Shown here in pieces: positions 1-8,973 of a stretch of 63,135 nt of DNA. Within the stretch, counting starts at the first letter, position 1. Every line of letters starts with the position of its first letter. The stretch is taken from sequence record SRR20825010_80, one strand, 5' to 3'. The translations under genes and the position numbers were made by a program. The notes below the pieces were generated by a model. It saw only the letters and a list, made by a program, of their open reading frames with translations, did no database searches and had not been told where the DNA came from.

Positions 1-1
1 A

Positions 2-130
2 AGTATAAATGCAGTGTTTATAAGCCAAGGTTTACCCCAAAGCGAACGGCTGATTCAATTGAACAAAATGGCCATCACGCAAATGGGATCTTTGTTAAAC
101 AGCGCTACAATCAAAAAATTAAAGATTTGA
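2..130 (+). CDS. 3' end of a probable KilA-N domain DNA-binding protein (partial, runs off window)
   Basis: Open frame SINAVFISQGLPQSERLIQLNKMAITQMGSLL...KI* resembles the conserved C-terminus of bacterial KilA-N proteins (recalled similarity); not in the ORF track. Confidence 0.6.
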   Translation, partial: SINAVFISQGLPQSERLIQLNKMAITQMGSLLNSATIKKLKI

Positions 131-185
131 AATATCTATTAAGTGCATAAAGAAAAGCGCCCTTAACCGAAGTTAAGCTAATGTT

Positions 186-1292
186 CTATTTTTCAACCAG
201 CTCAAATGAAACAAATTGAAAAGAGTTTTCATTAAGTTGATCTCTTTTTAGGAATACCACTTTATTACCAAGAATTATGGGGTCACCATAAATTAGTGGC
301 TCCACTTCCATTTCATATACCACCTCCATTTGTTCATTAAAAAAAGTGAGGTAGCAATGTTGTAAATCTCTTCCATCACTCGTTTTTTCATAATCGGTAT
401 GTTTTCGTACAAAAAGATTAAGATCATCTAAACTCAACAACCTAAAATATTTTGGGCCAGAATATATGTATTGCACATCGCTAGTCCGCAATTCCTGTGG
501 AGTTCTGGGCTCTCTTAAGGCGGGAGAATATTCAGACTCTCCTGAATACCTTTTAGTCTTTTGAGTTTTAATATCTATAGAATAAATCGCTGAGCTAAAG
601 AGAAAATTATAGAAGAGAATATCTCCATCTAACAATATTTTATGCTCAGCAAGGTGATTATAGTAGCCCGCTTCATAATTATAGGCCATTGACTCTTCTG
701 GGTAATTAACTTTCAAAGAGTCGAGTCTATTATCTTTTAAAGAATAGACATACAAAATCGAATTGGTTGGCTTATCGATATGTCCAGGGACGGACACTGC
801 CATACTTTTCTTTGAAAAAATTATTGTATCAGATTTTATCACAAAGGACTGTATCCTAAAATCTTCGTTCCACCCCGTTATTTCGTCAGAACTAAGTCTA
901 TATTCTATTTTTCCAGAATCAATATTATACGCAGAGAAGTAAGATTTGGAAAGCACGTACAACTTGGCATTATCAACCCACGCGTCATATACTGGACTTT
1001 CTAAAAAATCAGGCCCCTCACGTGTCATTTCTAGGCTCCAAACAGGTTTCCTTTTAGCCATATCAAAGATCACAAATTGCGAAGAACTATAATCGAAAAC
1101 CAGCAGACTATCTTTGGCCGTAATTCTTTTGAAACCTGCACGGGACAGCAAAAGTTCTCCATGCGAAACCTCTAACTCGCCTTCTAATACTTTGTAACTT
1201 ATATGTTCAATTTGTTCTGAGTTACTATTGCCACAGCTATGGAGTAGAAAACATACTAGTAGAACTCTAAAAAAAATAAATGTTTTATTCAT
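186..1292 (-). CDS. DUF4221-like / beta-propeller lipoprotein
   Basis: Lipobox LLHSC, xGPD motif, beta-rich repeats and C-terminal Y..L...D.....F.R pattern; similar layout to 52399..53550. Confidence 0.6.
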   Translation of the reverse strand: MNKTFIFFRVLLVCFLLHSCGNSNSEQIEHISYKVLEGELEVSHGELLLSRAGFKRITAKDSLLVFDYSSSQFVIFDMAKRKPVWSLEMTREGPDFLESPVYDAWVDNAKLYVLSKSYFSAYNIDSGKIEYRLSSDEITGWNEDFRIQSFVIKSDTIIFSKKSMAVSVPGHIDKPTNSILYVYSLKDNRLDSLKVNYPEESMAYNYEAGYYNHLAEHKILLDGDILFYNFLFSSAIYSIDIKTQKTKRYSGESEYSPALREPRTPQELRTSDVQYIYSGPKYFRLLSLDDLNLFVRKHTDYEKTSDGRDLQHCYLTFFNEQMEVVYEMEVEPLIYGDPIILGNKVVFLKRDQLNENSFQFVSFELVEK

Positions 1293-1308
1293 GGCTATAC
1301 TTTAAAGT

Positions 1309-1340
1309 ATTTCCAATGCCGACTTATCGACATTGGAAAT
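1309..1340 (-). other. Intergenic stem-loop between peptide gene and lipoprotein gene
   Basis: Minus strand ATTTCCAATGTCGA-TAAG-TCGGCATTGGAAAT: 14-bp stem with one G.U pair, no U tract. Confidence 0.7.
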
Positions 1341-1351
1341 GAATGTTACAG

Positions 1352-1606
1352 TTACTCAATAGCACAACTCGAATTAGACCCATGCTCTAGAACCTCGTGA
1401 CTTCCGGATTCATCTGTACAGTAGTTCTCCCATGCAATTACTGACTCAGCACAACAATTCAAATTAGCGTCAGCTTTTAATTGTTGTAGGTCAGAAGCAG
1501 TACAAATAAGAACAGGTTCTTCACTCGAACAGCCGCCAGCATTTAATGGTGCCGAAGCCATAGCCAAAAGTGCCACTACTACGAATACTGAATAAATTTT
1601 TTTCAT
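1352..1606 (-). CDS. Small secreted cysteine-rich peptide
   Basis: Signal peptide MKKIYSVFVVVALLAMASAPLNA followed by an acidic 61-aa mature region with 6 Cys; A-rich translation initiation region. Confidence 0.75.
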   Translation of the reverse strand: MKKIYSVFVVVALLAMASAPLNAGGCSSEEPVLICTASDLQQLKADANLNCCAESVIAWENYCTDESGSHEVLEHGSNSSCAIE

Positions 1607-2008
1607 GATATAAATTTTTAATACTATAAATAATGCTTGAGGTCAACAAAGGCACAAATAGTCACATGTAAAATTTCCTCAAAAAATTTTACAACTTAAA
1701 ATTTACGCCTCGTAAATATATTCTAAAACAGTCAAGCTATAATTTAATCACACTTATAAACTATAATAGAATCAACGTGAATACCATTTAATACTAATTG
1801 AATGATTTTAATAAACTATTATTTATCCATATCACTAATGTATATATTACAATTTTTCATTATAGCCTCATTTATTTATGATCATCATTTCGTAATATGA
1901 ATGGTTTTGTTTTTTTTTTAAACGGCCTTTTTTTGCTTGCAATCTTATCTTTCAAATTTCAATCAAACGATAACCTCAATTTCTTTTATCTTCGCAGCCT
2001 TAAGCGCA

Positions 2009-2749
2009 ATGAAAATACTTAACAAAATTTATTCTGTCTACGGATTGATCGTCTTTGCTTTGGTCTTCCTTATTCTTTTGCCCTTTTTTCTATTGGCTAT
2101 TTTTGTGAAGCCACTAGAGAAAATGGCTGGTTTTCTCAACCATGTTTGGGCTAGGCTGCTTTTCTTTTTTCTTTTTCTAAACCGCTCAAAAATTATTTAC
2201 GAAGAAAAGTTGAGTCGAAAACAACGCTATATTTTCTGTGCCAATCACTTCTCTTTTCTGGACATCCCTACCATGGGGCTTGTTAATCATAACTTTAAGT
2301 TTATTGGCAAAAGTTCTTTGAGGAAAATTCCATTATGGGGCTATATGTACAGCAAGCTCCATATTTTGGTGGATCGAAATAGTTTAAGAGATAAACATGC
2401 CAGCTGGATAAAATGTAAGGAAGCCGTTGCGAATGGTTACAGCATTGCCTTTTTTCCCGAAGGAGGTATTGCAAGTAAAAACCCACCCGAACTGGCCCGA
2501 TTTAGGGAAGGCAGTTTCAAAATAGCGGTGGAAGAACAAATCCCCATTGTACCAGTAACAATTCATAACAATCATCTACTTTTACCCGACAAAAAACCTT
2601 TAATCATGCACAGAGGTACTGTTTCGCTTAAGGTGCACAAGCCCATTTGGCCTAGCGGTACTGATGATTTGGCAATAGACGATTTAAAGGATAAAGTACG
2701 TTCGGTAATAGAAGAAGAACTGAAACTGACACACCATGCAGGTAGATAA
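2009..2749 (+). CDS. plsC: 1-acyl-sn-glycerol-3-phosphate acyltransferase
   Basis: NHFSFLD (HxxxxD) and FFPEG motifs; ATG at 2009 preferred over TTG at 1937. Confidence 0.85.
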   Translation: MKILNKIYSVYGLIVFALVFLILLPFFLLAIFVKPLEKMAGFLNHVWARLLFFFLFLNRSKIIYEEKLSRKQRYIFCANHFSFLDIPTMGLVNHNFKFIGKSSLRKIPLWGYMYSKLHILVDRNSLRDKHASWIKCKEAVANGYSIAFFPEGGIASKNPPELARFREGSFKIAVEEQIPIVPVTIHNNHLLLPDKKPLIMHRGTVSLKVHKPIWPSGTDDLAIDDLKDKVRSVIEEELKLTHHAGR

Positions 2750-3023
2750 AAAGACATTGCACCAAGTAGCACACTTGGCCCGACTCAACATTAAGCCTGA
2801 AGAAGAAACTCAGCTTTTGAATGACATGAGTGAAATTTTAACTTGGGTGGGGAAATTGGATGAGTTAGACACCGAGGGCGTTGAGCCGCTGACTCACATG
2901 ACAGAGGAAGTGAACGTTTTCAGAAAAGATAAAGCGGAAATTAGCATTAGCCAAGAACAAGCACTAAAAAATGCTGCGGTGAAGGATATTCAGTTTTTCA
3001 AAGTACCAAAAGTGTTTAAATAA
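2736..3023 (+). CDS. gatC: Asp-tRNA(Asn)/Glu-tRNA(Gln) amidotransferase subunit C
   Basis: VAHLARL N-terminus, LDELDTEGVEP, FFKVPKV C-terminus. Confidence 0.93.
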   Translation: MQVDKKTLHQVAHLARLNIKPEEETQLLNDMSEILTWVGKLDELDTEGVEPLTHMTEEVNVFRKDKAEISISQEQALKNAAVKDIQFFKVPKVFK

Positions 3024-3028
3024 CATCC

Positions 3029-5608
3029 TTGGAAAATCAAAAAAACCATCTTCTTTTTAAATACTTTAGCCATTTCGCTTGGTTCACGGTAGCCATTGCA
3101 GGAATACTACTGCTATCTACCTTTTTCATAGGAGATGAATTTGTTTTGCCATGGATTACTGACACAGAATACGTTAAAACACCCCTGTTTTTAGAGTACT
3201 TCTCAATTAACGGAAAACCAATGGGTTTTGAGCTTGACCAGATTGTAATCTGGCAACAGTTTAAAACCGGACGTTACCTGTTTTTAGAATGGCCAGAATA
3301 TTTACTGTTTGCAGTCACGCTTATCGGTTATATCGTCATTACAGTGACCATTACATATCTGGAGCGCTACTGGTATTTAATCTGTGCTGGTATCATGGCG
3401 TTTGTCTCCATTAACTTTGGATTAGACGAACTGGCCATAAACGATCAATATTTCGGGTATGTATTCATTGGCAGTTTTCTATTCTTGAGTTATTATTTCC
3501 AAAGCATTAAACCCAATATTAGTTTTAAAGTAAGGTTAACAGCATTTTTCCTCGTATTTGGTGGTTTCACCTTGGCTGCATTGTTTTTGTCGCCTATTAC
3601 TCATCCCACATTTGTTTGGCTTTCTTACGGTCTACTTGCTCCGCTCATTTTAGCAGCTTTGTTCATTTTCTTTGTCGCTGGCGATAATTTCTTTTACCTC
3701 TTTAAAATTGCTACACAAAATGCGCCATCAGGCAAAAATGCCTTAACCCACTTTATAGTGATTGGCGCAATATACATCCTCGTACTTGTCTTGCTTTTTT
3801 TAAATCTCACTGGACAGGTATCATTGAACATCATCCTGATTAATCCTTACACGATTTTATTAGTGTCCGTTGTTTCAGGCTATTATGTTCTAAAAACTAA
3901 ACTCGAAGTGGTGGAGTCTAAGATTCCTTATTCTCTAATTAAGCGATTACTCTACCCTGCTTTAGCGGCCATAACCCTTAGCATTATTTTTTATGCTGAA
4001 ATTACCGCAAACGATTCGCTAACCACGGCCATCAAAATGGTAATTGTAGCCCCTCATTTGGCCTTTTCAGGCCTCTATTATGTGTATTGTTTCATGAACT
4101 TTGCACCAGATTTACTTGCGAATAAGCCCGCTTGGAAATTCTTTTTTAGAGGAGAAAGGGCGCCATTATTAACAGTCAGACTTGCTGTTATATTTTCACT
4201 CATTGGTACAATGTTCTTTTTGGAATACAGACCTTATTACCAGATAAAAGCTGGGCAATACAATGCGTTGGGTGCATTATCAGAAAAAATTGGAAATGAT
4301 CTTTTAGCTGAGCAATATTATAAGCAATCCTTATTTTATGATTACTATGGAGTTCGGGCTAATTATGGCTTGGCCATGATTGAAAAGGCGAACGGAAACC
4401 CTGCTCAAGCTACCAAACTGTTTAAAGAATCTATTTTAAGGAGTGAAAACCATAAACCAGCATTGGCCCTTGCTCAATATTATTCCGATCAGGACCAACT
4501 CTTTAATAAACTCCTTTCCTTAAAAGAAATAGAAAATGGATTGGAAGACCAAAGAGTCGTGAACAACTTGGCCATCACACACTACGAGTTTGCCCATTTG
4601 GATACTGCTTTATTAATGCTGGACAAGGCTTATCAAAACGAATCAACTCCTGTCATTGCCAGTAACTTGCTGGCTTTGGACTTATCACTAAAAGAAAGTC
4701 TCGACATTGATTCAGTACTGCAAAGCACCGCCAAATATGAAGATCTTCATACCCTCACGAACCGACAAGCATTTGCTAATGCAGTATACATTCAGCCAGA
4801 ATTAAAGCTAAAAACTGCTTCAGACTCTTTCCTATTACTCGATGAACTTTACTATTTGTACAATGCCGCGCTCAATTCAAAAACAAGCAATAAAATACTT
4901 ATTGAGACGCTCGACCTTTACATTGCCTACCCCAGAAATATAGCGATTAAAGATTATTTAATGTTAGGAAAGACAATTCAACTTTACAATTCCGGAGAGG
5001 TAAATGATACCTTTAAGCTCTTAGACCAGCTCATTGCTTCATCTGGCCAAAACACTGGGCTTTACAGCTACATGAAAGCCATTTGGGCTTACCAACAAGG
5101 TGCTTATGAACTTAGCTTTGTGTTTCTTGGTGAAGCACAATCTTATAACTTCAACCGAAATATTATTGCAACTACTTATTCAGACTTTCTTACTAAAACC
5201 ATCGACCAACCCTCCACTGGGCTTCAACAGAAATTAAAGGAATTTGAAAATCAGCAAAGCGACTTATCTGAAGAAGAAAAAAAGGAATTCCTATTCGAAT
5301 TGGCCAGTAAAAATGCCTTTGATCAGACAGGAACCCTTACGGCAGTCGAATCGCTAAAGGCGATGGGTACCACTCCAGAAAGAATCTACGAATTACTTCA
5401 GCAAGCGATAACCGTAAACAAAAGGAGTGTACTTTTATATGAAGCCTACATTTATCAGACATTAGATGTGGGACTTTCATTTTTTGGGAGATCGGCTCTA
5501 GAAACGCTATCAACGTTTGCCAGTAAAGATGAATTTGAGAGAGTCAAAAAACAATTCGAGCAAAAAGAAAAACTTAATCAGCAAAGGGCTCTGAGCCTGA
5601 ACGACTAA
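3029..5608 (+). CDS. Polytopic membrane protein with C-terminal TPR-like helical domain
   Basis: About a dozen hydrophobic segments in the first ~400 aa, then TPR-like repeats (YNALG, ANYGLA, NNLA); TTG start. Confidence 0.7.
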   Translation: MENQKNHLLFKYFSHFAWFTVAIAGILLLSTFFIGDEFVLPWITDTEYVKTPLFLEYFSINGKPMGFELDQIVIWQQFKTGRYLFLEWPEYLLFAVTLIGYIVITVTITYLERYWYLICAGIMAFVSINFGLDELAINDQYFGYVFIGSFLFLSYYFQSIKPNISFKVRLTAFFLVFGGFTLAALFLSPITHPTFVWLSYGLLAPLILAALFIFFVAGDNFFYLFKIATQNAPSGKNALTHFIVIGAIYILVLVLLFLNLTGQVSLNIILINPYTILLVSVVSGYYVLKTKLEVVESKIPYSLIKRLLYPALAAITLSIIFYAEITANDSLTTAIKMVIVAPHLAFSGLYYVYCFMNFAPDLLANKPAWKFFFRGERAPLLTVRLAVIFSLIGTMFFLEYRPYYQIKAGQYNALGALSEKIGNDLLAEQYYKQSLFYDYYGVRANYGLAMIEKANGNPAQATKLFKESILRSENHKPALALAQYYSDQDQLFNKLLSLKEIENGLEDQRVVNNLAITHYEFAHLDTALLMLDKAYQNESTPVIASNLLALDLSLKESLDIDSVLQSTAKYEDLHTLTNRQAFANAVYIQPELKLKTASDSFLLLDELYYLYNAALNSKTSNKILIETLDLYIAYPRNIAIKDYLMLGKTIQLYNSGEVNDTFKLLDQLIASSGQNTGLYSYMKAIWAYQQGAYELSFVFLGEAQSYNFNRNIIATTYSDFLTKTIDQPSTGLQQKLKEFENQQSDLSEEEKKEFLFELASKNAFDQTGTLTAVESLKAMGTTPERIYELLQQAITVNKRSVLLYEAYIYQTLDVGLSFFGRSALETLSTFASKDEFERVKKQFEQKEKLNQQRALSLND

Positions 5609-5792
5609 ATTGACTCGACAATAAACCCTTCAATCCATTTGAATATCCGCTCAAGGAATAAATATTGATAGCCGCTCTAGATTGCGTTGTTTTGTTTGTT
5701 GATTCCCTTGAAATATTGAGTAGGGATTAAACTTTTGATTATTTATTTAGTCTTGATTTAAACTTTATTGAACATACATCCGTCATACGAAT

Positions 5793-6551
5793 ATGAAAAC
5801 AGTAATCAGTACAACAGATATTTCTAGAATTTATCAAATGGGAAGCGAAACTATTCGCGCCCTGAAATCGGTAACTATTGAAATTAAACAAGGAGAGTAT
5901 GTTTCTTTCATGGGGCCGTCTGGTTCTGGTAAATCTACTTTGATGAACATGATCGGCTGTCTTGATACACCTTCAGGTGGACGCTATGTTCTGAACGGAA
6001 TGGATGTAAGTGACATGACTGAAAATGAATTGGCCGAAGTTCGAAACAAAGAAATTGGTTTCGTTTTTCAGACGTTTAACCTTTTACCCCGTGCAAGTTC
6101 ATTAGAGAACGTTGCCCTACCTTTAATTTACGCTGGCTATAGTAAAGCAGAAAGAGAAGAAAAGGCTTTAGCCGCTCTTGATGGTGTTGGATTGAAGGAT
6201 AGAGCACATCACAGACCTAACGAACTTTCAGGTGGTCAGCGTCAAAGAGTTGCAATTGCACGAGCATTGGTAAACAATCCTTCAATCCTTTTGGCCGATG
6301 AGCCAACTGGTAACCTTGACTCCAAAACTTCTTATGATATTATGGACTTATTTGCCAAGCTACACGACTCAGGCAACACCATTATCATGGTAACACACGA
6401 AGATGATATTGCTCAATATTCTCACAGAATTGTTAGAATGCGAGATGGTTTGATTGAAACCGATACCATAAACGAAACTCCTTCTAGAGGTAACCCACTT
6501 AAAGAAGCAGCAGCAGCGAAAGCAGCAGCTGAGGCAGCGGCAGCACACTAA
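5793..6551 (+). CDS. ABC transporter ATP-binding protein (LolD/MacB-like)
   Basis: [32 protein letters not shown]. Confidence 0.93.
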   Translation: MKTVISTTDISRIYQMGSETIRALKSVTIEIKQGEYVSFMGPSGSGKSTLMNMIGCLDTPSGGRYVLNGMDVSDMTENELAEVRNKEIGFVFQTFNLLPRASSLENVALPLIYAGYSKAEREEKALAALDGVGLKDRAHHRPNELSGGQRQRVAIARALVNNPSILLADEPTGNLDSKTSYDIMDLFAKLHDSGNTIIMVTHEDDIAQYSHRIVRMRDGLIETDTINETPSRGNPLKEAAAAKAAAEAAAAH

Positions 6552-6564
6552 TTATTGTGAAGAT

Positions 6565-7116
6565 TTGAAGATTTATACAAAAACAGGAGATTCAGGCACC
6601 ACCTCATTATTGGGTGGTGCTCGTGTTTCTAAGGCACACCTCCGAATCGAAGCTTACGGAACAGTAGACGAACTTAACTCCTTTTTAGGAGTGCTTCGTG
6701 ATCAACCGGTGAATGAAAAGAGACTGGATTTGCTCAAAGAAATTCAGGATAGACTTTTCACCCTCGGAGCCGAACTGGCGACAGAGCCCGGAAAAGACCA
6801 AGTGGTAAAGCCCGACCTACTTACTTCTGATATTGAGTTACTTGAAAAAGAAATGGACGAGATGGAAAAACATCTTGAGCCATTAAAGAACTTCATACTA
6901 CCAGGTGGTCATCCATCAGTTTCATTCGCCCATGTGGCTCGCTGCGTCTGCCGTAGGGCTGAACGTATTTGTATTGCCTTAAATGACGAATCGCCAGTGG
7001 ACCGGTTGGTCATTCAATACCTCAATCGACTTTCCGATTTCTTTTTTATGCTGGGAAGGAAAATGGCGCAAGAGCTTGGTATTGAAGAGGTAAAATGGGA
7101 GCCTAGAAAAAAATAA
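6565..7116 (+). CDS. PduO-type cob(I)alamin adenosyltransferase
   Basis: KIYTKTGDSG, YGTVDELNS, CRRAER, YLNRLSD. Confidence 0.93.
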   Translation: MKIYTKTGDSGTTSLLGGARVSKAHLRIEAYGTVDELNSFLGVLRDQPVNEKRLDLLKEIQDRLFTLGAELATEPGKDQVVKPDLLTSDIELLEKEMDEMEKHLEPLKNFILPGGHPSVSFAHVARCVCRRAERICIALNDESPVDRLVIQYLNRLSDFFFMLGRKMAQELGIEEVKWEPRKK

Positions 7117-7322
7117 GTAAGTATTTACTTATTTCGAGATTTAAAATCGTATTTCGAGAAACTTGATAAAGACACCTTTCTTTTTAAACACAAAGAAATT
7201 TCTCAATACTATATTCCGCTAAAATAGTTTAAGCCAAATAATATTCCGAATAACTAATTACGGATGCTCGTAATTAGAACATTTCACGGTTTCCACCTAT
7301 TTGATGAAACCTTGAAGTTTCG

Positions 7323-7330
7323 TAAATTTG
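7323..7330 (+). promoter_or_regulatory. Bacteroidota -7 promoter box for ilvE
   Basis: TAAATTTG matches TAnnTTTG, 28 bp before the ATG. Confidence 0.6.
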
Positions 7331-7358
7331 AATTCATTTCTCCTTAACCCATTTGTAC

Positions 7359-8423
7359 ATGACAGACACAATTGATATTTCGATAAACAAGGTAGATCAA
7401 TCTAGCATTGGTACCCTTGACGTTCACAATATCCCATTTGCGAAGATTTATTCTGACCATATGTTTGAAGCGGATTATAAGGATGGAGAATGGGGGAATT
7501 TCAGAATTGTACCTTATCAAAACATTTCTATAAGCCCGGCAAATAACACTTTGCATTATGCTATCACGGTATTTGAAGGCATGAAAGCATACAAAAATGA
7601 CGCTGGCGAAGTATTACTTTTCAGACCAGAAGCCAACGCTAAAAGGTTGAATATTTCTGCCGAAAGAATGTGTATTCCTGAATTGCCAGAAGAGCTTTTC
7701 ATGGAAGCCTTAACAACGCTTATCAAACTTGATAGCCAATGGGTACCTTCCGTACCAGGCACTTCTTTATACATTCGCCCATTCATTTTTGCCACGGATG
7801 AATACATTGGAATCAGACCTTCTGATACCTTCAAGTTTATGATTATCACTTGCCCGGTTGGTGCCTATTATTCTGCCCCGGTCAATGTGAAAATCGAAAC
7901 GAAATTCTCAAGGGCTTTTCAAGGAGGAACTGGTTTTGCCAAAGCAGGGGGAAACTACGCTGCCAGCCTTTACCCAGCAAAAATGGCCAAAGCCCAAGGT
8001 TTCGATCAATTGATTTGGACTGACGCAGAAACACATGAATATATCGAAGAATCAGGAACAATGAATGTCATGTTCATCATCGATAATACTATAATTACTG
8101 CTCCTGCTAGCGGAACCATTCTAAAAGGAATCACTAGAGACAGCGTATTGACCTTAGCACGCGATTGGGGCATGAAGGTTGAAGAACGTAAGGTGCCTGT
8201 GAAAGAAATCGTTGAGGCGGCTAAAAATAGCACGCTTCAAGAGGCTTTCGGGGTCGGTACTGCTGCTACTATTGCACATATTGCTCGCATTGGCTTCGAA
8301 GATGAAGCATATGACTTGGGTCCAATCGAAGAAAGAGAATTTTCTAATAAAGTACTTTTCGAACTAGATAGAATTAAAACAGGTCAGGTAGAAGATAAAT
8401 TTAATTGGACCCTAAAGGTTTAA
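7359..8423 (+). CDS. ilvE: Branched-chain amino acid aminotransferase
   Basis: LHYAITVFEGMKAY, LYIRPF, AKAGGNY, ILKGITR, GTAA. Confidence 0.95.
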   Translation: MTDTIDISINKVDQSSIGTLDVHNIPFAKIYSDHMFEADYKDGEWGNFRIVPYQNISISPANNTLHYAITVFEGMKAYKNDAGEVLLFRPEANAKRLNISAERMCIPELPEELFMEALTTLIKLDSQWVPSVPGTSLYIRPFIFATDEYIGIRPSDTFKFMIITCPVGAYYSAPVNVKIETKFSRAFQGGTGFAKAGGNYAASLYPAKMAKAQGFDQLIWTDAETHEYIEESGTMNVMFIIDNTIITAPASGTILKGITRDSVLTLARDWGMKVEERKVPVKEIVEAAKNSTLQEAFGVGTAATIAHIARIGFEDEAYDLGPIEEREFSNKVLFELDRIKTGQVEDKFNWTLKV

Positions 8424-8465
8424 TTTAACATTCCTTAACCAGTTTTTTTCTTTAATTGCAGGCCT

Positions 8466-8972
8466 ATGAAAGCAAAATGGCCATTCCTTGTAATCTGCCT
8501 TTTATTTATATCTGAGGCAGCATTCTCTCAAACCTACCTGGTGGTCAGAAAGAAGGGTTCCATGCGTAAATACGAATACTTTGCTGGTTCTAAAATTGTG
8601 TACAAGCAAAAAGGCCAAGAGGTTTTCTTTAGCGACCGAATTACGGAATTTGCCAACAGCACTTTGGTTTTAGAGAATAACATTCTTCATACGAGCCAAA
8701 TTACAGAGATTGACGTAAGAGGTGCTGAATCTAACCGTTCACAATTTTTGAGGGCATCCGAAACCCTTTTACCAACTGTAGGGATTGGACTAATGGCCAT
8801 TGACTTGTTCAATCACACTGTAGTAGATGGACAAAAATTTTCATTAGACCGCAGCACAACAACTACAGCAGGCATTCTTGTAGTCACAGGATATACCATG
8901 AAACTGGTCAGAAGAAAAAAGGTAGACCTCACCAACCCCAAATTCGAAATCTATATTATTGGGTTGAAATAA
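8466..8972 (+). CDS. Hypothetical exported protein
   Basis: Signal peptide (AFS-Q) and two C-terminal hydrophobic segments. Confidence 0.7.
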   Translation: MKAKWPFLVICLLFISEAAFSQTYLVVRKKGSMRKYEYFAGSKIVYKQKGQEVFFSDRITEFANSTLVLENNILHTSQITEIDVRGAESNRSQFLRASETLLPTVGIGLMAIDLFNHTVVDGQKFSLDRSTTTTAGILVVTGYTMKLVRRKKVDLTNPKFEIYIIGLK

Positions 8973-8973
8973 G

